This document shows, piece by piece, positions 50,594 through 63,273 of a stretch of DNA of 64,000 bases. The DNA comes from Phoronis australis (taxonomy: Eukaryota > Animalia > Phoronida): assembly GCA_002633005.1 (NCBI GenBank), contig NMRA01000078.1, positions 505,868 through 569,867 of the forward strand. Reading direction: 5' to 3'. The stretch's first letter is position 1, and every line of letters begins with the position of its first letter. The notes beneath the pieces are model-generated. The model had not been told where the DNA came from and ran no database searches. It saw only the letters and a program-made list of their open reading frames with translations. The translations under genes were made by a program, and so were the position numbers.

Positions 50594-53352
50594 AATCTCC
50601 TGAAGTCTTGCGAGATCGTTCCTTTTTCATTTCCCGTCTCCTGAAGACATTCTTGTTAACTAAAGACGCCACTCATCGATGTCTCTTTGTTGCCACCATG
50701 CTAAAATTCAATGTCCAATGAATTTCAGAATGCTTAGTCATGATATAATTCTGACAACTTTTCAAAACGCGGCGGAAATTTGCTATGTGATCTGCTAAGG
50801 ATCAGTTGAAATTCATCCCTTTGACCGCTGTCGATCGAAGTATCATTCCGTAGACACAAAAAACTGGTGAAAACGCTAGAACACGCAATACCACGTCAAA
50901 CCAATAACATTGTTCTGTAAAAATTCAGGATGAATCAGGATGTTTAACAGAAATGCGCCCAACAAGTTACTCCAAGCACCTACCTGAAATTAGCAGATGA
51001 GGGTTTTCTTATAGCTAATCGTGCAGCTTTGAAATATACTCTGTATAGCCAAATAGGTTGATTGCAGTGTAGGAATTTACATACAAGCTTAGACATAATA
51101 CTCATCTTTTCAGAAGATAGAAATTAATGACCCTGATACATGTATATGTAGTGCATGTTATCCGAAACAAGAAACACTCTTATACACTTTAAGATTGTTG
51201 TTTTACTAAAGAAAGTGAATTGTAGAAAATATCAAAAATTATCACTAAGATACAATTTTTAAACACCTTTTGCATAGTTGTAACTGTCAAAATTCGAGGA
51301 TGAAGACAACAGGATAGCTGGATTGAAAACTGGGACTTCCAGATATAAATGCGGGACATCTTGTCCTATGCCAAAACGAAAGGATGAATTGTTCGATGCA
51401 ACACACAAAAACCGCACGTCAGTAATGTTTTTATTGAACGGGAGATCCAACTTATTAAAGCGCCGAACGGCTTCCTTTGTTTTTTGATAGACTTGGAAAT
51501 TGAAATTGTCACAAACGGGAAAATAGGGCCATCTCGTGTAACAAATAACATATGGTATTATTATAATAAATCGTAATAAAGTGGATGATTTCGATAATGT
51601 AGCGGGATGGTGGGAATTTTCAAAAAATAAAACAGTCCGCAAAACACTGGAGAATTGGAAACACAATGTACGCTTTTAGTAACACAAAGTATTGGACTGG
51701 GTACTTTCACACGATAAACTTTTTGTACTTCTAATTTCATTGTACCGTTATAGAAAAATACTACATATAACAGTATTTCTCACTGTTTCTGAGTGTAGGA
51801 GCACCTTAACCGTTCATTTATAGCTGGAGAGCAATCACTGAGCAACCAAATGCCATTTCTTTCCTGAAAATACTGTAACAAGATTTCAGCACCCAAAAAT
51901 GTCTTGTTGAAAACTCTTAACTTGAAGATAGGCAGGTTTTGGAAACATGTTTTAAGACTGGAGCTGAAAAGAGATCACGCTGTTCCCGAGCGGCATTAAG
52001 CCGTGCCCACGGGTAGGTGCTTATAAAGAATGATCAATTTAATTGTTTGATTTATTAACTAATTTTGCCGAGAAATCGATGTTTGTCTGCAACCGTAACC
52101 CAAGAGTCTGGCGTGATGAACAGAAATGACAAAATGAAAATACAGCAATAAAATTAGGTTTGTTTTAATGACTTCAACACTGGATCGAAACTCGACGAGA
52201 AAACAGAATTCGAATCCTAGAGTTCCATGACTGCATATCCCTAACATGTATATAAAAACTGCACTCGCATGTAAACTCGAAGTGCACGATATCAGTTACT
52301 CTAGGATAGAGCACACGTGTCATGATGTTACGTCTCATGATGGATAACCGTGACATGAGATAACAAAACTGTAAAACCTTGCAGATACAGGTTAACTCGC
52401 CCTCGTTTAAAATACTGCATCAACCCTTGCTTGTGTAAACTATGACACCCCGGTAATACGGCACACGTTCAACAAAGTTACAAATATCTTTGGAGTCATG
52501 TTATTCACTTCTCGATGTTTTCCGATTTGTTCAGTAATACTATAGATGATTTTCAAGACGATTTCAATTTTGTACGTTTTGTATTCAAGCTCGTTGCACT
52601 ATTGTCGTCTGTTATTGGAATTGGGGTATTATTAAAGAGCTCCCATCATGTTCCTGTGCCTCAAAAGAAATTTATTAATGCACCTTAAGAGATTTAAAGC
52701 CTTTAGTATACCTGTTGTTAAAAAAAACGAAATAATGGGAGGAAGACTGTTTCCGCTGTTATTGTTTTTACCAGTGCTTTACCAAGGAGCTGTGAGGAAA
52801 GCCAATGGATAGCCTTCTTTTTCAGACATAAAAGGTGCAGTTTTGGAAGCTGCAGTTAAAGCAACGCCACCGAGAACGTCAGCCTAGGACAATTTTTTTG
52901 CCAAACTTCCAGACCTTGCAAGCAATGAGCTAATTACTGTATTTACATCATTGCTGAAATAACCAATCATCTTTACAGTAACAGATTTCAAAGCCCTAAG
53001 TGCATGTTTTGAATTGGGGCTCATATGGAGTTCATTGATTGCTTTTTCTGGAGTATTCATTACTGCTAGTAACCGTGATTTACTTTCTACTAAGGTCAGC
53101 GGGTGTATTTTAACAATCATTTCGGGGAATTGGAAAATCACACGGAAGCACAGTCGATTCTGATAGTCGGGTAAATGAATTACGGTAGCCTGAAGACGGG
53201 CCTTCCTGACAAAAATCATGATAATTCTGTGATAGCGCACTACCATCGATATAAATGCTGTGAACTGTCTGGTTGTTAAAACTGCATCTAATCCTCAAGT
53301 GCCATTGCGTAGTACAGAACTAAAGGAATTCAAAGGGTACCAAAATGTGTCA

Positions 53353-54390
53353 ATGATTTTTGGTGTTGTTTTATGTCTTTCGAGTAAGTCTGCAACATTA
53401 AAAGTGGGACAAATTCCTGATGACGCCCTGCTGGACATGCTACGGGTACAGAAGGTTTTGTTGCAGAAGGTTGAAAAACAGGTGAATGACTCAATCAGTG
53501 AACTGGAGAGAAAGATCACAATGCAAGTTAAAAATTTGAAGAGTGCTATTGACGATGTCAACAAATTTCTGACAGAAAAGCTATGTCCTCGTGATTTTTT
53601 TCGCAATAATTTCGGCTGTTACAAATTTATAAACGAGTATTTATCGTACGATGAAGCCTCTTCGCGTTGCCGCCAATATCAGAGTCGCTTGGTTGAACTG
53701 CATTCTAAGGACAAACAGGACGCTTTGATATCGTTGATGGATCAACGTGGTGCAGTGAATAACAAGTGGTATCACCTTGGCGGCAGAAAAGTTAATAACG
53801 TGTGGACCTGGAATGAATTAAAGCAACCCTTCACCTTCACAAACTGGCTTGGACAAGGTTAAAGCCAATCTCACTGCTAGTGATTTTTTATGTCACATTT
53901 GAGTAATGGTGGCTTGCAAATGAGAATACGCCGACACTATTTTACTAGCAAAACGGTTGCACTTGACAATGTTTGACAATATAATTTTAAAATGAATTAA
54001 GTTCTACGTGCATAATTGTTCTCTGTCTGTAATTCTCGTCACAAACTTCAAACATATTTAAATTAGGTACATGTAGCATATATCTGTAGACCACAAATTC
54101 AACCTACAAGTGTAGGTGTTGATTGCAAAATATGAGGTATTGCAACACCCACTGCATACATGTACGTGATAAAACAACGACGCACCTAAAGAATAGTCCT
54201 CTTCCAGTGCTTCGTCCCACAAATGATAAGATCTGTGTTTGGCTCCATCAGTTTCTATTGACTTCTTGTGCTTGCAGGTCAAGGCTTGAAGGAATGTGGG
54301 CGGTTTTTGTACTACCGTGGCCATCGGTGGCATAAGATATGGGGCGACACCGACTGCACGTACAAGATTTTCTCCGTTTGCGAGATATAA
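53353..54390 (+). CDS. C-type lectin-domain protein, copy 4 (join 53353..53857, 54278..54390); ancestral ATG frameshifted, possibly a pseudogene
   Basis: Paralog with both exons open. The homologous ATG at 53345 reads ATG-TGT-CAA-TGA; an in-frame ATG lies at 53353. Donor G|gttaaa. Confidence 0.7.
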
Positions 54391-54484
54391 TTGGAAAGAT
54401 GTTGTCTTGAGATAAATTCCAGTATGTAATGTCCAAAAACTATGAAGAAACTGATTAAATGTATCAGTTCAACTATCGTACATC

Positions 54485-54626
54485 ATGGGTGGCGTACCAT
54501 AGATGGCTGGGGGGGCTATATCTCTCATTTTTTTCAGTGCTGCACGGTCGTTGGTTTATGGGCGATGCACCGCAGGGGGATAGGGGGCTATAGCCCCCCA
54601 CATTTTTCAGTGCTGCGACGCCCATA
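54485..54626. mobile_element. Small TIR element inserted in the lectin-4 3' flank
   Basis: Imperfect inverted ends ATGGGTGGCGTACC / GCTGCGACGCCCAT; the homologous 3' flank resumes at TACAGGAGA ~54645. Confidence 0.5.
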
Positions 54627-55364
54627 TACATTTCTGCATGCCGGTACAGGAGAAACGCTTCTCTGTTCAACTATCTTACTTGTGATTCTGAAATGTTCAC
54701 ACATTCTCTGACGTCGTTAAATAAACGTCTGTTTTAATCTGAACCAGTTGCGATGGAAACGCTGCTATAAATTATAAACGGTTTTCTTGAGATTAAATTT
54801 GAAAGGTTATTAGGAATTATTGGTACTCACGGATGTGTTACTTGGATTGTTTTTTTTTCTGTGGATTTACTTACGTCACTATAACAAATAAATACAATGA
54901 TGATAATACTTAGCTTAGTTGTGTTTATTCTGAAATAGATACGAAATAATTATACATATGAATATCACAATGCTAAATATACATTTTATTATGATGGAAA
55001 CTATAGTAAGACACTTGCACCGATAATTATTGCTTTTTTGGGAAAGCTGTTTTTACGTGCTTGCCATTGATTACATGTTGTGTGAATATTAAGTTTCATG
55101 TGTAGTGCTCCTGACGCACGTTTGCATATGTTTCCTAGTTTCGTTTTTGTGATTGGTCTTTTAGACAGCCTACTCGAATTACGTGTATCAAATCATAAAT
55201 CTCAAGAATAAATTTTGGCTAATTTGATTGGACTATTTCCCTACTGAAAGGACCAAAAAGACGTCGCTATTATTAGGCCCCTTTGATTTACGTATTTATG
55301 TATGAGTAGGCAAAGCCTACGATGTACAATAAATGATATTATTATTATTATTATTATATTATTA

Positions 55365-56375
55365 TTGACAAAGTCCGTTCAATCACACGAAATGATTCTT
55401 TAAGAACTAAAACTAAAGGCAATACTACTAATAGAATACCATTCATGACTATGTTCAATCCATTTTTAAACGGAATTAGCCACGTCTTCAGAAAACATCT
55501 TTCCACGCTGCATATTTCCCCACAAATAACCTATTTACTCATCCACCTATAATTTCTTGGAGAAAATGTAAAAATCTAAAATAACTATTTAGTTAAAGCT
55601 AATATCGACAATATACACCAAACTGACAAACCTATTGGCAACACACAATGCAACAAAACTAGGTGTAAAATGTGTAACTTTATCAACGATAGCACTTTTT
55701 TCCAGTCTTCCCAAACCAATGAAAACTTTGAAATAAAACATTATTCTGATTGCACCACCAACAATATTATTTACCTTATAACTTGTAAAAAATGTTCTAT
55801 CCAATACGTAGGACAAACTCAACATAATCTACAAACTCGGTTTCGTAATCATAGATTGAACATAATACATAAAAAATATTTCTGATACTATAGGTAATCA
55901 TTTCAATTCCAAAAACCATAATATTCAAGATCTTTCTGTACAAATAATAGAAAAACTCCAACACCCCAGTTCCCCTCACAGACTCAAAAGAGAACAATAT
56001 TGGATAGACAAGCTCAATACAATAGAACCTCATGGATTGAACATAAAACTTCTTAAAATACACCATTGAATTTTTTACGCAAAAATGTATGATATTCATT
56101 ACACCATATCTTAAATGTCAATTGTCATATTGTGTTTGATTTTACTTTATTTCTGTTTCTGTTGACAAAGGACGTTACTACATCCGAAAATTTCAGTTGA
56201 TCCCTTCTTGTTTTATTTACCTATTTATATTCTAATATTCATTACGCCACATCTTAAATGTCAATTGTCATATAGTGTTTGATTTTACTTTATTTCTGTT
56301 TCTGTTGACAAAGGACGTTATTACATCCGAAAATTTCAGTTGATCCATTCTTGCTGTTTTATTTACCTATTTGTA
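55365..56375 (+). mobile_element. 5'-truncated Penelope-like element: GIY-YIG endonuclease and tandem 143-bp pLTR repeats
   Basis: C..C...CTTNNIIYLITCKKCSIQYVGQT..LQTRFRNHR, GNHFNSKNH, REQYWIDKLNTIEPHGLN; direct repeats at 56092-56234 and 56235-56372. Confidence 0.88.
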
Positions 56376-56379
56376 CTCA

Positions 56380-59300
56380 TTATTTAATAAAATTCTTCTT
56401 TGAATATAAAATTCTCTTTCTAATATCTAAAGGCCATGATATAAACTGGATAGGTAAATAAAGTGTTTTAGTTGCAAAAGTATCCAATTAAAAACTTTAT
56501 TTTCATTACTTATAGGCATGCCAAAAACACATTGTTTTTTGTCAATAACCATACTTATGCCTTTTACCAACAACACCCAACTGCGTAATTCTCCCATCAA
56601 TATTTTTATTTTATTGCATTCCAAAAGAATGTAATCCACTGTTTCACTTTGTGAAAGACAGAAAGTACATACATCAGAGTCCACCAGGTTATTTTTTTAA
56701 GAAAAGAGTTCGTTACAAGTATTTTATGTAATAGTTTAACACCCCGACCAACCCGCGATCGAGAACGACCGGAAGGCGATCGAGAACGACCGGAAGGCGA
56801 TCGAGAACGACCGGAAGGCGATCGAGAACGAAGAGAAGCGAAGCCAGGCAAAGTGAATAAATTTGATGAATTTACGTTGTTTTTACTTCCAATGTGAAAA
56901 CAGAGACATAACTTCAAGGCGTAACACATTGAGGAAGGGCAGATAGAGGTTTAGGCTAGTGTCTATTCCAATTATTGGAGATAAGTTACGTTGAACGAGG
57001 CATCTCTTGAGTCAAAAGTGATTTGCATGTCATTTTGACAAATTACAGATATTTTTGGCACTAAATCAATAAATTGACCATAAAGTTATGAAGAAATGAC
57101 TTGTGAAAATATAAGACAACGCTTGTTTTTAGTAGTTTTGTCAGGATATCAGATTTTTCGACATTTTTCTGTTGAAAGATGCGATCGAGAACGCAAAGAT
57201 AAGCGTTCGGAAACGCAAATTTTTGTTTTGTTCATGCAATCGAGAACGCATCGTGGTGTTCCGAACAGTTACGAACTGTTCACATATAAAATGTGAAAAG
57301 GGTTACAAAATAAGTATGGTGCAATGAATTAATAACATTGTGCGTCATTACTCTGTTACTTTCGTATCCAAACTAAACAATATAATATCATTACCATTAC
57401 ATCACAATGACCGACTACAAGTACATTAAGCCCTATTTTAATTGTAGATATTTTAACAAATGAATTTATTTTCATTTCAGGAAACGAGTTTACTGTTATT
57501 ATTGTGAGGCAAGCTTCAACGAACAGCTTAATCAGGGCGTGAAGTACACCCTACCAGGGTTTTGACGAAACCAAGGGGAACAAGGGGTTCTAAACTAAGA
57601 CTCACCCAGCAATTGTTCCATGTGGTTTTAAGCCAGGAGTAAACAAATTGTTGATGCAGATGAAAGCAGTGGGGGATTTATGGGCCGCGGGTGCCAAGAG
57701 GCCCCCCTAAAATTCTCCCAGATACCATTTGGCAGTCCAGGGTGCGATTTGCCCACTAGCATATGCGCCAACCACGGGGGCTCGAGTGGTTAATGCACTC
57801 GAGGGGTTAATTCATAGGCCTTGAAGAAACCCGGTTTACTTCACAGTCGTCTGCTATTTTTGATGTAAGGTCTCGTTCTTGATCGCCTTCCGGGTGTTCT
57901 CGATCGCGGGTTGGCCGAGGTGGTTTCAGCTGAAGTGTACATAACTTGAAATCATAAGTAGTTTTAAAAGACAATGAACACAATTTTTCCAGTCATCACT
58001 TTGAAAGTTATAACCTTCTTCTTGAAATCTGTTTTGGGTAATAGGCAAAAATTTGTTCTGGCAGACAATTTCATATATCATTTTACATATTGAAGTGCAG
58101 TTTAAAAATTACAGATATTAAGAGGTATTATTGGTCCATATATCATAATTAATTGCATTTGTAATGGTGTTCTCCCCAGAAACGACCTAATAGATTGAAT
58201 GAGAGAAAAATATTTCAAAAAGTTTGTAGATATAGTCGAGATCGTTTTGAATTCAGTAAATGAGTAAAAACTGTTATTTTCATCAAGTAGGTCATTAATA
58301 AAAAGAACACCACCTCTTAAGCATACTTGCTAAAGAAGATAGATTTTCTGTCTATTAGTATTTCATCGTTATGCCATAAACTTGTTGAGAGTAAACCATC
58401 TTTATGGGGCTGTTTACTAATGGAAAAAAACGAGTTACTTAGAACTTCGTTCCAAAAAAGATTGATTACGTCAGTATGATATTTAATAAAATCATTTCCA
58501 AAATTTATAATATTTGACTTTGCAAACCCTGTTTCAAGTTCAAACAATTTCACCCATTTTGATTCAGAGTTAAGTAGTCTCTTTATCTATGAAATTTTTA
58601 TAGCCTTGTTAAAAAGAAATATATTCAACATTTTAACTCACCCTTCCTCATACGTTTTAATTAATACATCTCTCATCACTCTCTCAACTTTTTTATACCA
58701 AATAAACTTAAAAATTCTTGCTTCAATTCATTCATAACAATGTCTGATGGAATAGGCAGGGTTTTCATAATGTGAATAACTTTTGGCACCATCAAGGTCT
58801 TCACCACCGTAACTTTCCCGAAAAGGAGATTTTTCTTCTAGACCAAATTTTGATAAGATTATTGATTTCATCAATCTTCTCATTGCAGTTGATGTCAATC
58901 ATGTTTTCTAGGTTAACACTGAACTTGATACCTAGCATCTTAAATTCCGTCATGCCCCATTCCAACTTCCATCTTTACAAAAAAAATTTACTGCAAAACC
59001 AAATAACATTTGTTTTGTAATAATTTACTCTCAAACATATCTGCACAATTACTCAAAACTTCCATAGTAGCTTCTAAACTACGCCGTGAACCATCTAAGA
59101 AAAACGTTGTGTCATCAGCATATTTAGAAAGTATAAATTCATGATTTCCTATTTGAGTGCCTTTAGTTTCCCTATCTTGTTTCGTCATCATAGCTAATAT
59201 TTCAGCACATTAACTGAATCATATGGAGCAAGTGGATCATCTTGTCTACAGCCCCTGTGCAGAGTAAAACTTCTGTACAGGAAACCGTTTTGAACAATGT

Positions 59301-60360
59301 ATGACACGGGACAATTATAAAAGGTTTTAATCCAGCGCTTAATTGAGGTCTTGAAATTGAAAATATCCAAAACATAATTTATGAAGTTCCATGACAAGCT
59401 ATCAAAAGCTTTTTCAAAATCTATTTGTAATAACACCCCTCGTATACCACTTTTTCACAGAAATTCATAATGTCAAACGTCAATCTTATGTTTTCACCCA
59501 TACACCTCCCTTTTATAAGTCCCGTCTGATACGGGGAAATTATGTATGTACGTACCTTTTTATTCGTCTAGCAATGCATCCGGATGCTGCTTTGTAAACC
59601 ATATTGAGCAAAGTTATTGGTCTCCAGTTTTTTTATAAATTTTTAACCTTATCTGGCTTTGGAATGGAATTAAAGTTAGGACCCCAGTTTCTGTGTGTTT
59701 GACATTTCAATTTTTACATATGTGTCTTAAAACAAAATAGTCTAAATCTTTCCAGAAAAATTTGAAGAATTCATTTGCTAAACCATCTGACACGGGGCTT
59801 TTTTAATTTTTTGAATTTTTCAATACAGTCCAGAGTTATTCATATGTTACGTGCCCCTCGAGCTCCATAGCAAAATTATCGGGAAGCTTATTTGAAACAG
59901 TAAGGTTCTTTATTTTACTTTTTTCAATAGAACTGTTGTCAGAATAAAGTTTTTCATTAAAATTGCGGCAACGTCTAGTATCTTTTTCTGATTTGTAATT
60001 ATTTCTCCATTTTCCAATTCTATTTCATACATAAGTTTGTTATAAAAATGCCTCCATTCTAAATATTTTGTTGGGCGCACCCCTTCCTCTATTCATTTTG
60101 CCCTGGATCTGACGTAATGCCCTTTTAATTTCCATGACCTTATCTCTAGAAGAGCACTCTTTCTCCTTTCTAAATCTTCAAAAGTTCTATCAACACATTG
60201 TTCTAAATTCTCTATTTCTTTCTCTAACTTATTCTCTTGACTATCTATTTTTTCTTCTTTTGAATCGAGTAAGAAATAGTATTTTTTTCTTATTTCCATT
60301 AACAGCTGTTGTTTTCCAGCAACTTCGAAGAAGCACAAAAAGTGATTACAAGATTAATAG
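56380..60360 (-). mobile_element. Decayed L1/Tx1-like LINE ORF2, interrupted by an insertion at 56738-57926
   Basis: NWRPITLLN, IDFEKAFDSLSW, RGCRQDDPLAP, SKYADDTT and C-terminal CTFC..ETVDYILLEC; many stops and frameshifts. Confidence 0.88.
56738..57926. mobile_element. Non-autonomous TIR DNA element with a 21-bp subterminal tandem repeat
   Basis: ~50-bp imperfect TIRs (ACCCCGACCAACCCGCGATCGAGAAC.. / ..GTTCTCGATCGCGGGTTGGCCGAGGT); GATCGAGAACGACCGGAAGGC about 3.5 times; splits the L1 peptide TLQL|KLLHKILVTN. Confidence 0.8.
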
Positions 60361-62689
60361 TTATGTATTTTTTACAAAGTGGACACCATTTCGAAGATTT
60401 GTTAGCTAAGTTATTTGGAACAGGCAGTTGATCTTCTCGTTATGGATGGCCAATCAGATGGAAATGTGCTTGTAATTGCCAGAAAAAAATCTGCGATTCT
60501 GCACATCATGGACGGATAAAATGGGTACATTGATTGGTGTAAAAATAACATTGGTAAAAATTAATTATGCAAACGTCTTTTGAAAACTAGTTCCGCTTAT
60601 ATACATGTATTGCAGCCGGCATGTTGTTTTACAACAGTGTCTATGACACAACTGTTTCAACTGTGAGACCATATCGTTTCAAACTATACAAATTTCCTGT
60701 ACATCACGCTAAGATGAATTAGGTACTAGACCAACTAACACATAGGTGGATTTAGGGGGGACAGACCCCCCCCCCTCTTGGCCGCTGCAAAAATTAAAAC
60801 AGCAAGAGCGTGAGGAAATATTGAGTTTAGTAACTAGCCCCAGTAATAATCATGCGGCTGAAACAAGATTTAACGTGTACAGTTGTAGTTTGAGTGTGGG
60901 TTTGTGCGTTTGAATGGGGGGCTCAGACCCTATTGCAAGTGTCCGAGCCAGACAACCGTTTTCCAGTTTTTTTAGTCCTCCGTTTGTTTTTCAATGAAAG
61001 GCCCACACTTTCAGAAATCAGAGCCCCCTATATTTTTGGCAAGATGCTCGAAACAAAGTGTTGCCCCCTGTATCATTGATATCCTAGATACAGTACTAGA
61101 TAGTCAAAGAAAAGTTATGAGCGTATCATTGAAGTAATTTTCCTTGAGACAACTCAGCACCCCTTACATTGAAGAAAAAAACGTCTGCACATTGATGTAA
61201 TTATTATTCTTTGGTGTAACCTGAAGTACACAATTCCAATCACCTTTCGAGAAATTGGATCTGTACAAATGCATACTTCGGACCTCCGCCCACGTGCGTG
61301 TCTTACCAACCACTACAGGTGTTTTGGTGTCACTTGTGCATTCTTCTTTTTTCATTGAAATTCTTAATGTTAACATATCAATTTCTATAACCCCATCCTT
61401 CTGCAAAATTTTGCTCCCAACTTTTATTCAAATTGGCCTATGCCCTCAATTCCGAAATATGCATATGTACACAAACATATATAGCTCCATTGGTCAATTT
61501 TTGCATACAATGACAAGACTTCACACGCATACTGTTGTTTGTATGTTTCCGTGGGTTTCTATTATTTTTTTCTACTTTGTGTTCATGTGTTTCACATGCC
61601 TCAAATCTTTTTGTTAGAATGCATCAAGTGGCGTCGGGTCAAGGAATTTTAGACTTCCACTAAAAACTTAGAGAATACAGTGATGTAATGGCGCGCCGGA
61701 GAGTGGCCCGGCCCTTGACATCTGAGCGTGTGGCCGGTTTATAAACAGCTGAAAATAGGTACTATACAATTCTAAAGACAAAAAAGGCCGATCACGTTGC
61801 TGTATAATGTCATTTTCTAAACTTTATACATTTCAGTGATTGTCTTTTCAGCTGAGCTGGCAAAACCTCCCAGGCCCTAGCAGCACTCCGTAAGAAATTT
61901 TAGCCAACGCATTAGGAATTTTGTCATTGCAATGACCGTTTAAGCAATGGAAGGGTCACATGTTTACTTTGTTTTATGTTACCAATATTTTAATACCTCC
62001 TTAGTATTTAAAATTTCAAATTTTACTCTGAAAATTCCCCAGGTTCCCTAAAGCCACCGTGCTTTTGTTTGCATAGCGTTCATCATCAATATGGCGGATC
62101 GCGTGTCACGCGCTGTCTGGCTTGCGAGTATAGTCGTGTCATCTCTCTCTCTCTCTATATATATAGCTCATTCGTTGCAATCATGCGTTAAAAAGTCACA
62201 AATTGGCAACTAACTTTATGATACGTGAGTCAATTTGAACCATTGAAACATTGTTTCTAATAGGGGTGTTGGATTTTGTAAATATGTCTTCTCGTATTGT
62301 TTAAAAAGTAGGGTCAAAGAAGAGCTAAAAACGTGGATTAAGTGTTTGTTTTCGACGTTGGCTTGCAACGCAGTGGTACTTTTTAAATTATAATAATATT
62401 GTGCCTACGGTAGGCCTAATAGAGCCCGTACCGGTATACGTGGGCATATATTTCTTTGTTACGTAGCTCAGAATGCACGTAAGTATGTTAAACTGTGTAG
62501 ATTGTATCGAAATAATCTTACCCCGTAGGCAGATCTAAGCATAGCCTTGGTACAAAGCTGTACATAAATATACAGCTTTGCACCGATGCGGGTAAAAAAG
62601 TTGTAAAGATAAAATCTGACACAAAATTAGCGTCATTAAAAACTACAGTCTTCCTTGAGTAATTTAAATTATTTAACGGTGTTGGCAAA

Positions 62690-63273
62690 AATGGCGTTCT
62701 ACCGTTATTCTGCTGCTAAAGTTGTGGAGCGATCTTTAGCGACCGCTTTCGGCGCCATGAAATTTTGCGTCACCTATTGGCCAGATTCTTCTGATGTTCT
62801 TTCACGAGGTTGCGTACACGTCACAACAAATTATCAGAACTGGTTTCACCTCATTAAAAGTTTTTAGAATTTTGGTACAGAAAAATTGAATTTCAGAAGA
62901 AATTTTGTTGCTTCCAAGCTATCATTGTGTGCTGAGAAATGTCGCAAAAATTTAGGAAATGGCGCGTGCGCGTGACACGAGCGTACTGTTTTCAAAACGA
63001 CGAAATACTTTTCATTGTTAGAAAAGGCAGAGAGTTACGCAAGAAAATGAAGGTTATTGCATTGTTTTTCACTTAAACGGCTGTAACGGGCAAGGTGAGT
63101 GTCGGTTGACTCCCAGATTTTGCATGCACACCGTCTGGTCTTTAGCTTTACATGTTGATACAAGTTTCATGGCGTGGTGACGAGCAGAACTACCTTGGCT
63201 GTGTGCAATTTCGCTGTCTACGGAAGAAATACACGCAGTGGGACCTAGCTGTATTTTGACGACAGTCTTCATA
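62690..63273 (-). mobile_element. Second, inverted copy of the element at 36436-36960
   Basis: Reverse-complement similarity to 36436-36960. Confidence 0.65.

Noticed and set aside
53260-53352. N-terminal extension of lectin 4 shown in the ORF track
   Set aside because: It starts at a GTG just after the TATA box and corresponds to promoter and 5' UTR in the paralogs.
29515-54436. Recurring minus-strand ORFs with TCKHKK (29515, 43813, 48793, 54058)
   Set aside because: They are antisense shadows of the conserved lectin exon-2 acceptor (TTCTTGTGCTTGCAG), with inconsistent starts and ends.
56606-56929. SR-like protein (SRSPSGR repeats)
   Set aside because: It is the translation of the 21-bp subterminal repeat of a TIR element fused to L1 sequence.
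57770-57830. tRNA gene (GAGTGGTTAATGCACTCG resembles a D-arm and A box)
   Set aside because: There is no B box or cloverleaf, and it lies inside a transposon; at most SINE-derived.
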